A DNA stretch of 64,000 bases, from contig CAWDXE010000007.1 in NCBI GenBank assembly GCA_963806185.1, forward strand, positions 320,001 to 384,000, in the 5' to 3' direction. Every line of letters starts with the position of its first letter. Position 1 is the stretch's first letter. A model generated the notes under the pieces. The model saw only the letters and a list, made by a program, of their open reading frames with translations. It searched no databases and was not told the DNA's origin. Position numbers and translations under genes: made by a program. Shown piece by piece: positions 38,299 to 49,300 of the stretch. This DNA comes from an uncultured candidate division Zixibacteria bacterium (lineage in GTDB: Bacteria; Zixibacteria; MSB-5A5; GN15; FEB-12).

Positions 38299-40113
38299 TC
38301 AGCCCTGCTTCTTTGGCTGGCCCTCACCAGTGATCAGACGGCCGTATTCCTTCGGTGACGAGAGAATCTTGACTGCCTGAGTGACGGCATTGTCGGTTTT
38401 GAGAATCACGTTCTCATACACCGCCCGTTCGCCTCCCATCGAGGCGAGAATCTCGCGCTGAATAGCCTTCTTGATGTACGGGATCGACCGGTCGAAATCG
38501 CGATCCTTTTCAACAGCTATTTCCGCTTCGAGTGTCTTAATGGTGCCCTCAAAGGCGGTCTCGGCATTCTCGTCCTTCACCGTCTTCTTCAGATCGTCCG
38601 CCGCTGCCTCAAGTTCGGTCTTATAGTCGAACTTCTTGCTCTTGATAAACTGACGGAACTCGCTCACCATGGCGTCCGAGACCTCCATGTCCGGCTTCAC
38701 GTCGGGATGCTTCGCGACGTAGTCGATGGCAAAGTCGAAGAAGAGGGATTGACGATACAGGTTGATCTCAATCGTCTTCCACGTTTCGCGATCGATGCTG
38801 ATATCGGGTACAATACCCCCACCGCCGTAGACCATACGGCCGCCGTTGGTGTAAAATACCTCGCGGTCCTTTACCGACAGAGTATCCGCAGCGCTGTCGG
38901 CTTCCACATCAGCATGGACGGCGCCCGGTTTGTCTTTTCCCTGACGGTCGGGCTTCTGAATGCAGCGGCCGGAAGGTACGTAGTACTTGGCCGTGGTGAG
39001 CTTCAATGCCAGCGAACCGTCGTTGTTGATCGGGAATATCTGCTGTACCAGGCCCTTGCCGTAGGTCGTATTGCCGAGGATGATCCCTCGGTCCCAATCC
39101 TGAATGGCGCCGGCGACGATCTCCGAGGCGGAAGCCGTGCCCTCGTCGACCAGGATCACCAGCGGCTTCTCCGGGAAGAGCGGCGGACGTTCGGAGCGGT
39201 AGTGACGTTCCGTCTGCTGATCGCGTCCGCGCGTATAGACAATTTCATTCCCCTGATTGAGGAAGAGCTCGGCAGTTTCTTTGGCTTGATCAAGCAGCCC
39301 GCCGCCGTTGGAGCGAAGGTCAAAGATGAGGCCGGTGATATTCTGTTCGTTCAGCTTGCCGATGGCCTCGCGCAATTCCGCGGAGGTTTCCTCGGCGAAC
39401 CGGGAAAGACGAACATAACCGACAGTCGTCCCCGGAACGACGCCGGAGTAGTTGACCGATTTCAATTCGATGACGGCTCGCTCAACACGAAAATCGAGGG
39501 GCTCGGAAAGTCCGGCCCGCTTAATCTTCAGGTCTACCGAAGTGCCCGCCTCGCCGCGCATCAGCTTCGAGGCATCGGCGGAAGCCATACCGTCGGTCGA
39601 CTTGCCGTTGATTTCGAGAATCAGATCGCCGGCGCGCAACCCCTTGCGGTAGGCGGGCGTCCCTTCAATCGGGGAAATAATGAGGATGTGGTTGTCGCGT
39701 TCGTCGATCTGCATCCCCAGACCTTCGTACTTGCCATGTGTGCTTTCCATAAGCTGGTCATACGCCGTCCGCTCCATGAGCACGGAAAAACGGTCCAGTC
39801 CTGAAAGCATGCCATCGATGCCCGCCTTGACCAGTGTTTCCGGATCGACGTCTTCCATGTAACTCGAGCGGATTTCAAACGCGGTCTGGGTCAGTTTTCG
39901 GATGTTGCGCAGGAAGGTATCGTTGCGGTTTTCGCCGGGTGGGGTTTCAGGTTGTGCCGGGCGGTTCTCGTCCAGATTTATATGGACTGTATCGGCCCAT
40001 AGGACCGGTTCGCTCTTGCTCGAGGTTTGGGTCGCGTCACCGGGGCCGGCAAACCAAATCAAGGCCAGAGCGAAAACAGTGATGCCGAAGACTCGTACGC
40101 CGTAGCGCATCAT
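38299..40113 (-). CDS. S41 family carboxyl-terminal processing protease (CtpA/Prc-like, PDZ)
   Basis: PDZ GLGM, DLRSNGGG, ASASEIVAG, TYGKG and LTTAKYY motifs. Confidence 0.95.
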   Translation of the reverse strand: MMRYGVRVFGITVFALALIWFAGPGDATQTSSKSEPVLWADTVHINLDENRPAQPETPPGENRNDTFLRNIRKLTQTAFEIRSSYMEDVDPETLVKAGIDGMLSGLDRFSVLMERTAYDQLMESTHGKYEGLGMQIDERDNHILIISPIEGTPAYRKGLRAGDLILEINGKSTDGMASADASKLMRGEAGTSVDLKIKRAGLSEPLDFRVERAVIELKSVNYSGVVPGTTVGYVRLSRFAEETSAELREAIGKLNEQNITGLIFDLRSNGGGLLDQAKETAELFLNQGNEIVYTRGRDQQTERHYRSERPPLFPEKPLVILVDEGTASASEIVAGAIQDWDRGIILGNTTYGKGLVQQIFPINNDGSLALKLTTAKYYVPSGRCIQKPDRQGKDKPGAVHADVEADSAADTLSVKDREVFYTNGGRMVYGGGGIVPDISIDRETWKTIEINLYRQSLFFDFAIDYVAKHPDVKPDMEVSDAMVSEFRQFIKSKKFDYKTELEAAADDLKKTVKDENAETAFEGTIKTLEAEIAVEKDRDFDRSIPYIKKAIQREILASMGGERAVYENVILKTDNAVTQAVKILSSPKEYGRLITGEGQPKKQG

Positions 40114-40326
40114 GGACTAACCTCCGCGGGGCTATGATGTTACTGCAAATCTATCCAAATCAGGCGGTATGTCAAGCGAGACCCAAAAGGACAGCAATCT
40201 TCTAATCTTCGTACTCTTAAACACTTAGCGCGTCAATGGAGTTTCAGCCGGCGACGCACAAGTTGTGTGATTTTGTCCTAATTCTCACTCGAACTGTAAC
40301 TTATGTCACCCCGGCGAAAAAGCCAC

Positions 40327-40351
40327 GTAACCTTTTCGCCGATCATTCGTC
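40327..40351 (+). promoter_or_regulatory. ECF sigma-type promoter GTAAC-N16-CGTC
   Basis: cGTAACCTTTTcgccgatcattCGTCt, about 110 bp upstream of ATG 40462. Confidence 0.55.
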
Positions 40352-40461
40352 TCTATGACTATCGGCAAAACGAGAAAAGTTGTTAGCGGATAAGCAATTA
40401 ACGATGTTTCTTTGCGTTATGTTGTCCTCAATTCTGTCCAGTTCCTGCACAGGGTAAATCA

Positions 40462-41244
40462 ATGCATCGTTCTACCAATCCTCTGTGGCTCTCGCTCATT
40501 CTTCAAATCCTCATGCCGGGGCTCGGTCATGCCTACTGGAAGGAATACGCATTTGGCCTGTTCGTGTTTCTGGTAATGCTGCTTACCTCGGCAATTTTCT
40601 TCGTCTCGCTCCTGATCCCGCTGTCATCACTTGCGAAATTCGCGTTGCTCGGTCTGCCGCTGGTGTTCTATCTGTTCGCGTTTTTCGATTTGGCGAAAAG
40701 TGTGCGAATGCGTCGCAGTTCGATCAAGCATACAACCCGTATCGCGATCATCTGCCTGGTTGTGGGCCTGGTGTATCAAATTGCTTCGCCGAGCGCACCG
40801 GGCAATTTCATCATCAGAAATCATCCATCCGTGTCGCGAGTCGGAGGATCGCAATTGGCGCCCTTTCTCCGCTCGGAGGAATGGTTCTGGGTCAATCGGG
40901 CGGCGTATGCGGCCGACGTCTTCTTTCTGAACCGTCCGCTGCTGCACAAATTGCCGGAATTCACCGATTTGATCGCGTATCATGAGACCGATGGCGTAAC
41001 CCGGTACGGAATGGTGATGGGTGGTTTATCGGAGAGTATCGAGGTGAGTGCGGGGATTCTTTATTTGAACGGCTCGCCCATAAATGATTTGTTGCCAAAG
41101 GGACTGCTGCTGGCTCAGGACTGGCCGTTGACAACATCGGACGAGACCTCTATACTGGTCGCCACATTGAGCGCGGGCGCCATTGCCGCCTTTCAATCGG
41201 TCTCGCTGGCTGACATTGACGGTCAGGTGCATCGCCTGATGTGA
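40462..41244 (+). CDS. Membrane protein, degenerate signal peptidase I (S26)-like
   Basis: N-terminal PGLGHAY TM block; LepB boxes are recognisable but the catalytic Ser and Lys positions are substituted. Confidence 0.6.
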   Translation: MHRSTNPLWLSLILQILMPGLGHAYWKEYAFGLFVFLVMLLTSAIFFVSLLIPLSSLAKFALLGLPLVFYLFAFFDLAKSVRMRRSSIKHTTRIAIICLVVGLVYQIASPSAPGNFIIRNHPSVSRVGGSQLAPFLRSEEWFWVNRAAYAADVFFLNRPLLHKLPEFTDLIAYHETDGVTRYGMVMGGLSESIEVSAGILYLNGSPINDLLPKGLLLAQDWPLTTSDETSILVATLSAGAIAAFQSVSLADIDGQVHRLM

Positions 41245-41251
41245 AGACTCT

Positions 41252-41908
41252 ATGCACTTGCTGTTTGACTTAGACGGAACGTTAATAGACTCCTCGGCCG
41301 GTGTCGTGGACGCGGTCAATTACTCCCTACGAATGCTGGGCGAGCCGGAACAACCGTCCGAGCGCATTACGCCATTCATCGGTTTCCCCCTCTACGAAAT
41401 GTATCCCCATTTCACACAAGCGCCCTACGCCGAGTTGTATCATCATTTCCAGGTGAAGGCTGAAGAGACCGTTACCGCATCGGCGGTTGCCTTGCCGAAG
41501 GTGGATGACGTCCTGGCGGAACTGTATCGACGGGGACATCGGATGGCGGTCGTCACAACGAAGATACGGGTGCACCTTGACGGCATCATCCGAAAATTGG
41601 ACTGGGGGCAGTACTTCGAAACGGTTGTGGCGGGGAACGAAGTGCCAAGGCCAAAGCCGGATCCGGCGGCGTTTCGGCTGGCGCTGGAGCGCATGGATGT
41701 GAGTCCACAGGACACGTTGGTAGTCGGAGACACCGTAAATGATGTCTTCGGCGCGCGGGCGGTGCCGCTGCTGGTGGCGGGGGTGCGATCGCCGTACGGC
41801 GATGATACCCGGCTGGTGGCCTCCAATCCGGACTACTTCCTGGAGTCGATTTCAGAATTGCCGCCGCTGTTGACGGAGCTTGCGGAGAAGCGGAAGCTTC
41901 GGGCATGA
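41252..41908 (+). CDS. HAD-superfamily phosphatase (Gph/PpaX-like)
   Basis: FDLDGTL, VVTTK, KPDP and VGDTVND motifs. Confidence 0.92.
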   Translation: MHLLFDLDGTLIDSSAGVVDAVNYSLRMLGEPEQPSERITPFIGFPLYEMYPHFTQAPYAELYHHFQVKAEETVTASAVALPKVDDVLAELYRRGHRMAVVTTKIRVHLDGIIRKLDWGQYFETVVAGNEVPRPKPDPAAFRLALERMDVSPQDTLVVGDTVNDVFGARAVPLLVAGVRSPYGDDTRLVASNPDYFLESISELPPLLTELAEKRKLRA

Positions 41909-42411
41909 GCTGTGTGCACCGGCATGAATTCGTGTCCGCCATAGGCACGATTCGATTGGCGGCAACCGACCGTGGACTGGCCATTCTGACTTTGCCGAAT
42001 GAGTCGGCGGCGTCATTTGAGGCACGCATTCACAAGTATTTTCCCGGGAGTGCCGTTTCCGGAGCGAATGACACCTGCCGTGAGGCGGAGCGACAGGTTC
42101 ATGAGTACCTGGCGGGAAAGCGGAAATCGTTCTCGGTGAAGCTCGATATTCACGCCAGCCCCTTTCACAAAAAGGCGCTGCAACAGGTGGCGAAGATTCC
42201 TTACGGGAAGACCACGACTTACGGCGAGATTGCCCGTGCCCTGGGTAGTCCGGGCGCGAGTCGGGCGGTGGGGAGTGCCAATGCGCGCAACAACCTGCCG
42301 ATTGTCATTCCGTGTCATCGAGTCCTCGCGTCAAACGGCATGGGTGGGTACGGTGGAACCCTGCCGCTGAAATTGAAACTATTGAAGCTCGAAGGAGCGC
42401 TTTCGGAATAA
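41905..42411 (+). CDS. ogt: Methylated-DNA--protein-cysteine methyltransferase
   Basis: IPYGKTTTYG, RAVGSA and the IPCHRV active site. Confidence 0.94.
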   Translation: MSCVHRHEFVSAIGTIRLAATDRGLAILTLPNESAASFEARIHKYFPGSAVSGANDTCREAERQVHEYLAGKRKSFSVKLDIHASPFHKKALQQVAKIPYGKTTTYGEIARALGSPGASRAVGSANARNNLPIVIPCHRVLASNGMGGYGGTLPLKLKLLKLEGALSE

Positions 42412-42429
42412 TCGAGAAAGAGGAAACGT

Positions 42430-43530
42430 ATGGATCCAAGAACCGCTCGACTGGCTAAACTGCTGATCAACTACTCACTCGAACTGAAAAAAGGACAGCT
42501 GATAAAGATTCAGGGTGAATCGGTAGCATTGCCGCTCATGGTGGCGGCCTATGAGGAGGCGGTCAAGGTCGGGGCAAACCCGTACATGGTCGTTCTGGTG
42601 CCGGACGCCGACGAGGCGATGCTCAAGCACGGTAATGACGATCAGCTTGGTTTTGTGAGCCCGCTGGCCAAACTGGAGGTTGAGAAGATCGACGCCTTCT
42701 TGCACGTTTGGGGAACCTCGAATACCCGTTACCTGAGCGGCATTGATTCCAAACGCCAGGCCCTTCGCCAGAAAGCACGTCGCGAGACGAGCATGCGGTT
42801 CTTCGATCGCGTCGGCAAAAAGGAGTGCACCTGGGTGGGGACACAATATCCGACGCTGGCCGACGCTCAGGAGGCGGAGATGTCGCTGGCTGATTATCAG
42901 GACTTCGTCTACGGCGCGGGCCACGTGAACACGGGCGACCCCGTAAAACACTGGCTCGGAGTCAAGAAGGAGCAGGAACGACTGGTGAAGATTCTGAACC
43001 GGATAGACAAATTGGAGATTCGTTCCAAGGACACCGATCTCAAGATGCGCGTCAAGGGACGCAAGTGGATCAGTTGTCACGGGACAGAGAACTTCCCCGA
43101 TGGTGAAATCTTCACCAGCCCAATTGAAAACACTCCCGAGGGGGTCATTCACTTCAGTTATCCGGCCGTCTACCAGGGGCGGGAAGTGGAGGACGTGCGC
43201 CTCGAACTGAAGGGCGGCAAAGTCGTCAAGGAGTACGCCGGCAAGAATCAGGCGTATCTGACCGACATGCTCAATATGGACGATGGCTCGCGCTATGTCG
43301 GCGAAATCGCAATCGGCACCAATTATGAGATCAAGCGCTTCTCCAAAAACATCCTGTTCGACGAAAAGATCGGCGGGACCTGCCACATGGCCGTGGGAGC
43401 TTCGATTGTCGAATCCGGTGGCAAGAACAAGAGTGCCCTGCACTGGGATATGGTGTGCAATCTGAAAAAGGACGCCGAAATTCTGGCCGACGGTAAGGTG
43501 ATTTACCGGAACGGCAAGTTTGTGATATAG
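42430..43530 (+). CDS. M29 family aminopeptidase (AmpS/PepS/AmpT-like)
   Basis: NFPDGEIFT, GEIAIG, LFDEKIGGTCHMAVG and SALHWDMV motifs. Confidence 0.94.
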   Translation: MDPRTARLAKLLINYSLELKKGQLIKIQGESVALPLMVAAYEEAVKVGANPYMVVLVPDADEAMLKHGNDDQLGFVSPLAKLEVEKIDAFLHVWGTSNTRYLSGIDSKRQALRQKARRETSMRFFDRVGKKECTWVGTQYPTLADAQEAEMSLADYQDFVYGAGHVNTGDPVKHWLGVKKEQERLVKILNRIDKLEIRSKDTDLKMRVKGRKWISCHGTENFPDGEIFTSPIENTPEGVIHFSYPAVYQGREVEDVRLELKGGKVVKEYAGKNQAYLTDMLNMDDGSRYVGEIAIGTNYEIKRFSKNILFDEKIGGTCHMAVGASIVESGGKNKSALHWDMVCNLKKDAEILADGKVIYRNGKFVI

Positions 43531-43554
43531 GCGCGGTGATGAATCTGATCAGGC

Positions 43555-43900
43555 TTCGGTACCGCTCAGCATGACGTTACGCATGTGCGTAGGGGGAAGT
43601 CAGTATTATAGCGTCAGGCTTCTTTGTCCAATTCATCAAGAAGCCTGACAAATGTGTAGAGGGAAAGAAAACTGAAAGATCGCCACGGCTCGAAACGAGC
43701 CTCGCGATGACATCATGGGCGGATGCCGTCCGTCTTCGCGTATCGCAGCTTCCCCTCTTCCTCCGTCTCCCTCTGGGAGAGGGCAGGGGTGAGGGTCGGT
43801 GGGGCTAAGAATCGTACGTGTCAGGCTTCTCGATGAATTGGAAAAGGAAGCCTGACCTGATTGTATCCTCTTGTCCAAAGGAAAATGAGTTTCGCCCTAC
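43555..43900. repeat. Composite REP-like intergenic element with a 38-bp inverted repeat pair
   Basis: 43613-43650 and 43819-43856 are inverted copies (3 mismatches), each a gtcaggcttc/gaagcctgac hairpin; outer ends carry GTAGGG and CCCTAC. Confidence 0.75.
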
Positions 43901-43919
43901 GTGAACCCGACCTCGCTGC

Positions 43920-45890
43920 TCATTCCTCGGCATATCGCTTCTTCAACCTCGTCACGACATCCGGGTCGGCCAGCGTCGTCGTGTCGCCCAGCACTTTCCC
44001 CGTGGCGATATCGCGCAAGAGGCGTCGCATAATTTTCCCGGAACGGGTCTTCGGAAGGTCAGCTGAGAAAATGACTTTGTCCGGCTTGGCCAGCGCCCCG
44101 ATCTTGCGCGCCACATGATCGCGCAACTGCGCGACCAGCTTTTCCGATCCGGTGAACTCTTTGCCCAGGGTTACGAACGCCGCGAGCGCCTCACCCTTCA
44201 GCTCGTGCGGAATCCCCACCACCGCCGCCTCAACCACCGAGGCATGATCCACCAGCGCCGACTCGACTTCCATCGTCGAAATTCGATGCCCGGCCGAGTT
44301 GATAACGTCATCGACCCGTCCGAGAATCCAGTAATACTTGTCCTTATCAATCTTGGCGCCGTCGCCGGGGAAATATGTCCCCGACCATTTCGACCAGTAG
44401 GTGTCGACGAATCGCTCCCGGTCGCCCCAGATGCCGCGCAGCATCCCCGGCCACGGTTTCGTGATCGCGAGATACCCGCCACCTTCTTTCACCGGCTTCC
44501 CGTTTTCGTCGAGAATCGCCGCGCTGATGCCCGGGAACGGACGGGTGGCCGAACCGGGCTTGGTCGTGGTCACGCCCGGGAGGGGAGTGATCATAATATG
44601 CCCGGTCTCCGTCTGCCACCAGGTGTCGACAATCGGACATCGTTCGTGGCCGATCACCTCGTGGTACCACATCCAGGCCTCGGGGTTGATCGGCTCGCCG
44701 ACCGACCCCAGTAGTCGCAGGGTACTTAAATCTCGCTTGTCCGGCCATTCGCGTCCCCACTTCATGAACGCCCGAATCGCCGTCGGCGCCGTGTAGAAAA
44801 TCGTCACGCCGTAATCTTCCACGATCTGCCAGAACCTATCCTGATCCGGCCAGTCCGGGGCCCCCTCGTACATGACCACCGTCGCGCCGCAGGCCAGCGG
44901 CCCGTAGACGACATACGAATGTCCCGTCACCCAGCCGCAGTCGGCCGTGCACCAGAAGACATCGCTCTGATGAAGATCGAACACCAGCTTCGTCGTGGCG
45001 TACGCCCCGGTCATATACCCGCCGCAGGTGTGCATGATACCTTTCGGCTTGCCGGTCGTACCCGATGTGTACAGGATAAACAGCGGATCCTCCGCGTCCA
45101 TCGGCACCGGCGGACAAAACGAATCGGCGTCCTGCATGTGGCGATGATACCAGTGATCGCGCCCTTCTTTAACGCGCAACAGGAATTCACCGCGCTTCAC
45201 GATGATGCACGCTTCAATACTCGGGCAGTCGGCCATCGCCACGTCAGCGTCATGTTTGAGCGGGATGATTTGTCCGCGACGGTACCCGCCGTCGGCGGTG
45301 ATCAGCAGCTTTGCCTGAGCGTCGTTTATCCGGTCCCGCAACGCTTCCGGCGAAAAACCGCCAAACACCACCGAGTGAATCGCCCCGATCCGAGCGCACG
45401 CCAGCATCGCCACCGCCAGTTCCGGGATCATCGGCAGGTAGATCGCGACGCGATCCCCTTTCTTGATCCCCATCTTCTTCAGCACGTTGGCGAACTTGTT
45501 GACCTGACGGTACAGGTCCCAGTAGGTGAGCGTCCGGCGATCCCCCGGTTCACCTTCCCAGATAATCGCGGCCTTGTTCCGCTGGCCGTTCTTGATATGC
45601 TGGTCGAGACATGATTCCGTTACATTCAGCTTCCCGCCGACAAACCACTTGGCGTCGGGAGCCTTCCACTCCAAGCCCTTCGTCCACTTCTTCCGCCAGA
45701 CCAGTTCGTCGGCCATACCCTCCCAGAACTTCACCGGGTCCGCGTCCGCCTTCTTGTAGATGGCCGCCGAGTTGACGACCGCCTTTTTGGCAAAATTGGG
45801 GTTGGGTTTGAATTGCCGATTCTCGACCAGCAACGTGTCAATCGCATTTTTTGCGTCGCGCCGCGGCGCCGCCGTCGTCTTCTTGGCCAT
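43920..45890 (-). CDS. acs: Acetyl-CoA synthetase (AMP-forming)
   Basis: [21 protein letters not shown] and [11 protein letters not shown] motifs. Confidence 0.97.
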   Translation of the reverse strand: MAKKTTAAPRRDAKNAIDTLLVENRQFKPNPNFAKKAVVNSAAIYKKADADPVKFWEGMADELVWRKKWTKGLEWKAPDAKWFVGGKLNVTESCLDQHIKNGQRNKAAIIWEGEPGDRRTLTYWDLYRQVNKFANVLKKMGIKKGDRVAIYLPMIPELAVAMLACARIGAIHSVVFGGFSPEALRDRINDAQAKLLITADGGYRRGQIIPLKHDADVAMADCPSIEACIIVKRGEFLLRVKEGRDHWYHRHMQDADSFCPPVPMDAEDPLFILYTSGTTGKPKGIMHTCGGYMTGAYATTKLVFDLHQSDVFWCTADCGWVTGHSYVVYGPLACGATVVMYEGAPDWPDQDRFWQIVEDYGVTIFYTAPTAIRAFMKWGREWPDKRDLSTLRLLGSVGEPINPEAWMWYHEVIGHERCPIVDTWWQTETGHIMITPLPGVTTTKPGSATRPFPGISAAILDENGKPVKEGGGYLAITKPWPGMLRGIWGDRERFVDTYWSKWSGTYFPGDGAKIDKDKYYWILGRVDDVINSAGHRISTMEVESALVDHASVVEAAVVGIPHELKGEALAAFVTLGKEFTGSEKLVAQLRDHVARKIGALAKPDKVIFSADLPKTRSGKIMRRLLRDIATGKVLGDTTTLADPDVVTRLKKRYAEE

Positions 45891-46128
45891 GCTGACTCCC
45901 GGGTTAGTGGAGAGAGATCCTGCGTCGTAATTGACTCAATATCGCCCTGTCAGGTACAACAAGTCAAGATTAGCTTCGGTGCCCGAAATGCAGAAGTATG
46001 ACGCCGGTTTCACACTTTGGCGACTGGAGCGTACAGGTCTTTGTTTCACGACTGGCCAACCCCAAGGAATTACACCACTTACAAGTTGGCCCGTTTCTTG
46101 CGTCGATCCTGCCAGACGAGGAATGCGC

Positions 46129-46156
46129 TTGACTTCTAACGCTTGAAAGGTATATT
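46129..46156 (+). promoter_or_regulatory. Putative sigma70 promoter of the giant protein gene
   Basis: TTGACT-N16-TATATT, about 185 bp upstream of the ATG. Confidence 0.45.
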
Positions 46157-46340
46157 GGCAGTGCTAGAGAAAACGACTAATCTGCCTGTACTTACCGCCC
46201 TCTGGTCTTCCCAGGGCAAAGTGTCAGACGTCATCGCTTACGATATGTTGCAAGGGCCTGCGGTCCTGACAGAGAATATGTACTCACTCAGCAGGTAGTC
46301 ATACGACTACGCCCGCTGAGTTTGTGCATGTGGAGGAAAG

Positions 46341-49300
46341 ATGAAACGGTTTGGGTTCTGGTGTACACTCAACCTCTGCGTCTCCCTGTTGATACTCTTC
46401 GCCGCCCGGACAGGTTCCGCGGCGCCTGCAGTTCCGGGGGGAACGACAAAAACGACTGCCGTTGATCCGCTGCATTATCCAGTGTTGGAATTGCCGAACG
46501 ACTCAACGGTATTTTTATGCTCCCAGGGCGACTCGATCTGCTATATGCTGAAAGCGCACGACGTCGACTCGGGCGACAGCATCAAGGTCATCCTGCTCTC
46601 CGGGCCGATTGCCTGGGCCCCGACCGTCTACGGCAATGACATCGCCCTTCCAATTTGCTTTGTTGCCGACACCAGCGGCGACTACCGTTTCATTTGGCGT
46701 ATTCATGATCTTGTCGGACGGTCCATCATTGATACCGTCGACTTTTTCGTTACCGTAGGCGTCAAACCCTCCATCGCCGATCAGAACTTCACCACCGAAA
46801 TGTGCTGGGGCGTCAACTACCGCGAAGTCCCCATGATTTATTCGGACTCCGGCCTCGACGCTGTCACGTTTACCCTTCTCTCCGGCGCCGGCACCGTCGA
46901 CGCCCAGACCGGCCTCCTCGAATACACCGTCGACACGGCCGGCACCTATGTGTTCCAGGTCGAAATCAGCGGCGGTTGTGGCGCCGACACGGCGACCATC
47001 ACCGACGTCATTACCATTAACAAGCCACCGTATTTCACCACCGACGATCAGACCGTTAAGCTCTGTGACTCGGCCGCCGTCTGTGTGAATCTCACCGGCG
47101 TCGACCCCGAGGGCGGCGCCATTCACTTCACCCTACTCGAAGGCGGGGGAGAGGTAGTCCAGACCGAGAACGGCTGGCAGCTCTGCTTCAGCCCGCAAAA
47201 CCTCCCGCACGCCACCTACCAGTTTATCGTCTGCCTGCAGGATGATTGCCCGACCGAACCGGGCACGGCTATCCCCCGGGCCACGCCGCTGTGCGTCGAG
47301 GATACCCTGTACGTGACCGTGGACATCAACGCGCCGCCGGTCTTGACTTGCCCCGGTGAACAATTGTTTTCCGGCTGTAATCCGAAATCGTACTGCTATT
47401 CTGTCAGCTACACGGACGCCGAGGACAACCCGGTCGTCCTGACTGTCCTGTCCGGGAACGCCGTCGTCGACGGCCAGTCGATTTGCGTCATCCCCGGTGA
47501 ATTGACCGAGTTCGACGTGGTCATTGAGGCCCGCGACGAATGTGGTGCCGACACCTGTACGACTCACGTTCGCATTGAGGGCAACAGACCGCCGACCGTC
47601 ATTACCGGCGTCGACCAGAACCTGACTCTCTGCGCCCCGGAGACCATTTGCCTTGACGCGTTCGTCAATGACCCGAATCTCGATATCGCCAACGTCTTCA
47701 GCAATATCGGCACGTACAATCCCCAGACCTCCAAAGTCTGTTTCACCCCTGATACCGCCGGCGTCTACACGATTATCGTAACCGCCGTCGACTCGTGTGG
47801 GGCCGAAGACATGGACACGACGGTCGTTACCGTCGCCCTCAATGAGATGCCGACGCTGTCACTCGGCGACGACCAGATTATCAAAGTCTGCGATGCCGGC
47901 CCGGAAGGGTACCAGGTCTGCGTCCCGGTCGCGACCACCGACGAAGGTCCGCTGACCATCACCAGTACGCTTGGCGCCTATGATCCGATCAACCACCGCA
48001 TGTGCTTCAATGTTACCCAGAGCGGCGAATACATGGTGATCGGCTTTGCCACCGACGACTGCAATGCCAAAGCGACCGATACGGTGATGATCAACATCAC
48101 GCTCGGCCATCCGCCGACCATCGCCGTCAACGATGATTCGCTCTACCTCTGCTTCCCGCAGCCGGTATGTTTCCCGGTGACGATCAATGACGTCGACAAT
48201 GATATCGCGAGCGTCACGGTCAGCAAAGGCAAGTACGAGAACGGCCAGGTCTGTTTTGTCCCCTACGACAGTGGCACGTATAAAATCGCCATTACCGTCA
48301 CCGACAAGTGCGGCACTGCCGTGACCGACACCCTTCGGGTCAAGGTCCGCACCGATCAGAATGTCGTCCTCAACTGCCCGAAAGATACCAGCATCTTCCT
48401 GTGCGAGCCCGACACCCTCTGCTTCCCGTTCAGCGGCTTCCCCGACGACGCCGATCTTGAACTCACCGGTGTCGGCGTCTGGTACGACAAAGCCAAGGGA
48501 GCGATCTGCTTCTATTCGGATTGCTGCCTTGAGAACATCATCACTGCCAAAGTGACCACCCTGTGCGGTTACGAATTCACCTGTAGTTTCAAAGTCCGTG
48601 TCCAGACCAACAGCAAGCCGCTTGTCATTCTGCCGAATGATACCACCATGCGCGGCTGCGACGTGGAAGGCATCTGCCTTCCGGTCGGCATTTCGGACAT
48701 CGATAACAATATTGTCAACGTCACGACCGGTTTCGGCACCTACGACGCCTACCTCCGTCAGGTCTGCTTCACCCCCGACACTGTCGGCACCTACCAGATC
48801 ACGGTGGTCGCCACGGATGCCTGCGGGCTTACGGGCAGCGACGTGATCAACGTGGTCGTCAAGGGGAACACTCCTCCCACCATCGCCATTCAGTTCCCCG
48901 AGGGCCCGATTTCCGAGTGCGTGACCGAACCGATCTGCCTGCCGGTCACGATCCTCGACGAAGACGCGAATATTAGAAACGTGGTGATCAAGGGCGGTAC
49001 CTACAATCCGGAAACGCACCTCCTCTGCTTCACACCCGACACCGCCGGTACCTACTGCCTCGAAATGCGAGTCACTGACAGTTGCGGTGCTCAGGCGACG
49101 GCTCAGGGCTGTGTCACCGTCAAGAAGGACGGGCCGGTCAACATCGCCTGCACCGAACAAATTCGTCAGTTCTCGTTGTGCGGCGCCGACAGCATCTGCT
49201 TCCCAGTTGAGATCACCGGCAACAATGTGACCGTCACGACTAACTGCTGCAGTATTGTCGACGGCCAGTTCTGCTTCTACGCCGACACCAGCGGCATCTA

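Noticed and set aside
43555..43900. CRISPR array
   Set aside because: The repeats are inverted and only two copies, with no repeat-spacer periodicity or cas genes.
46212..46270. c-di-GMP-I riboswitch (GGGCAAA...GCAAG)
   Set aside because: The GNRA-capped P2 stem and tetraloop receptor are not evident.
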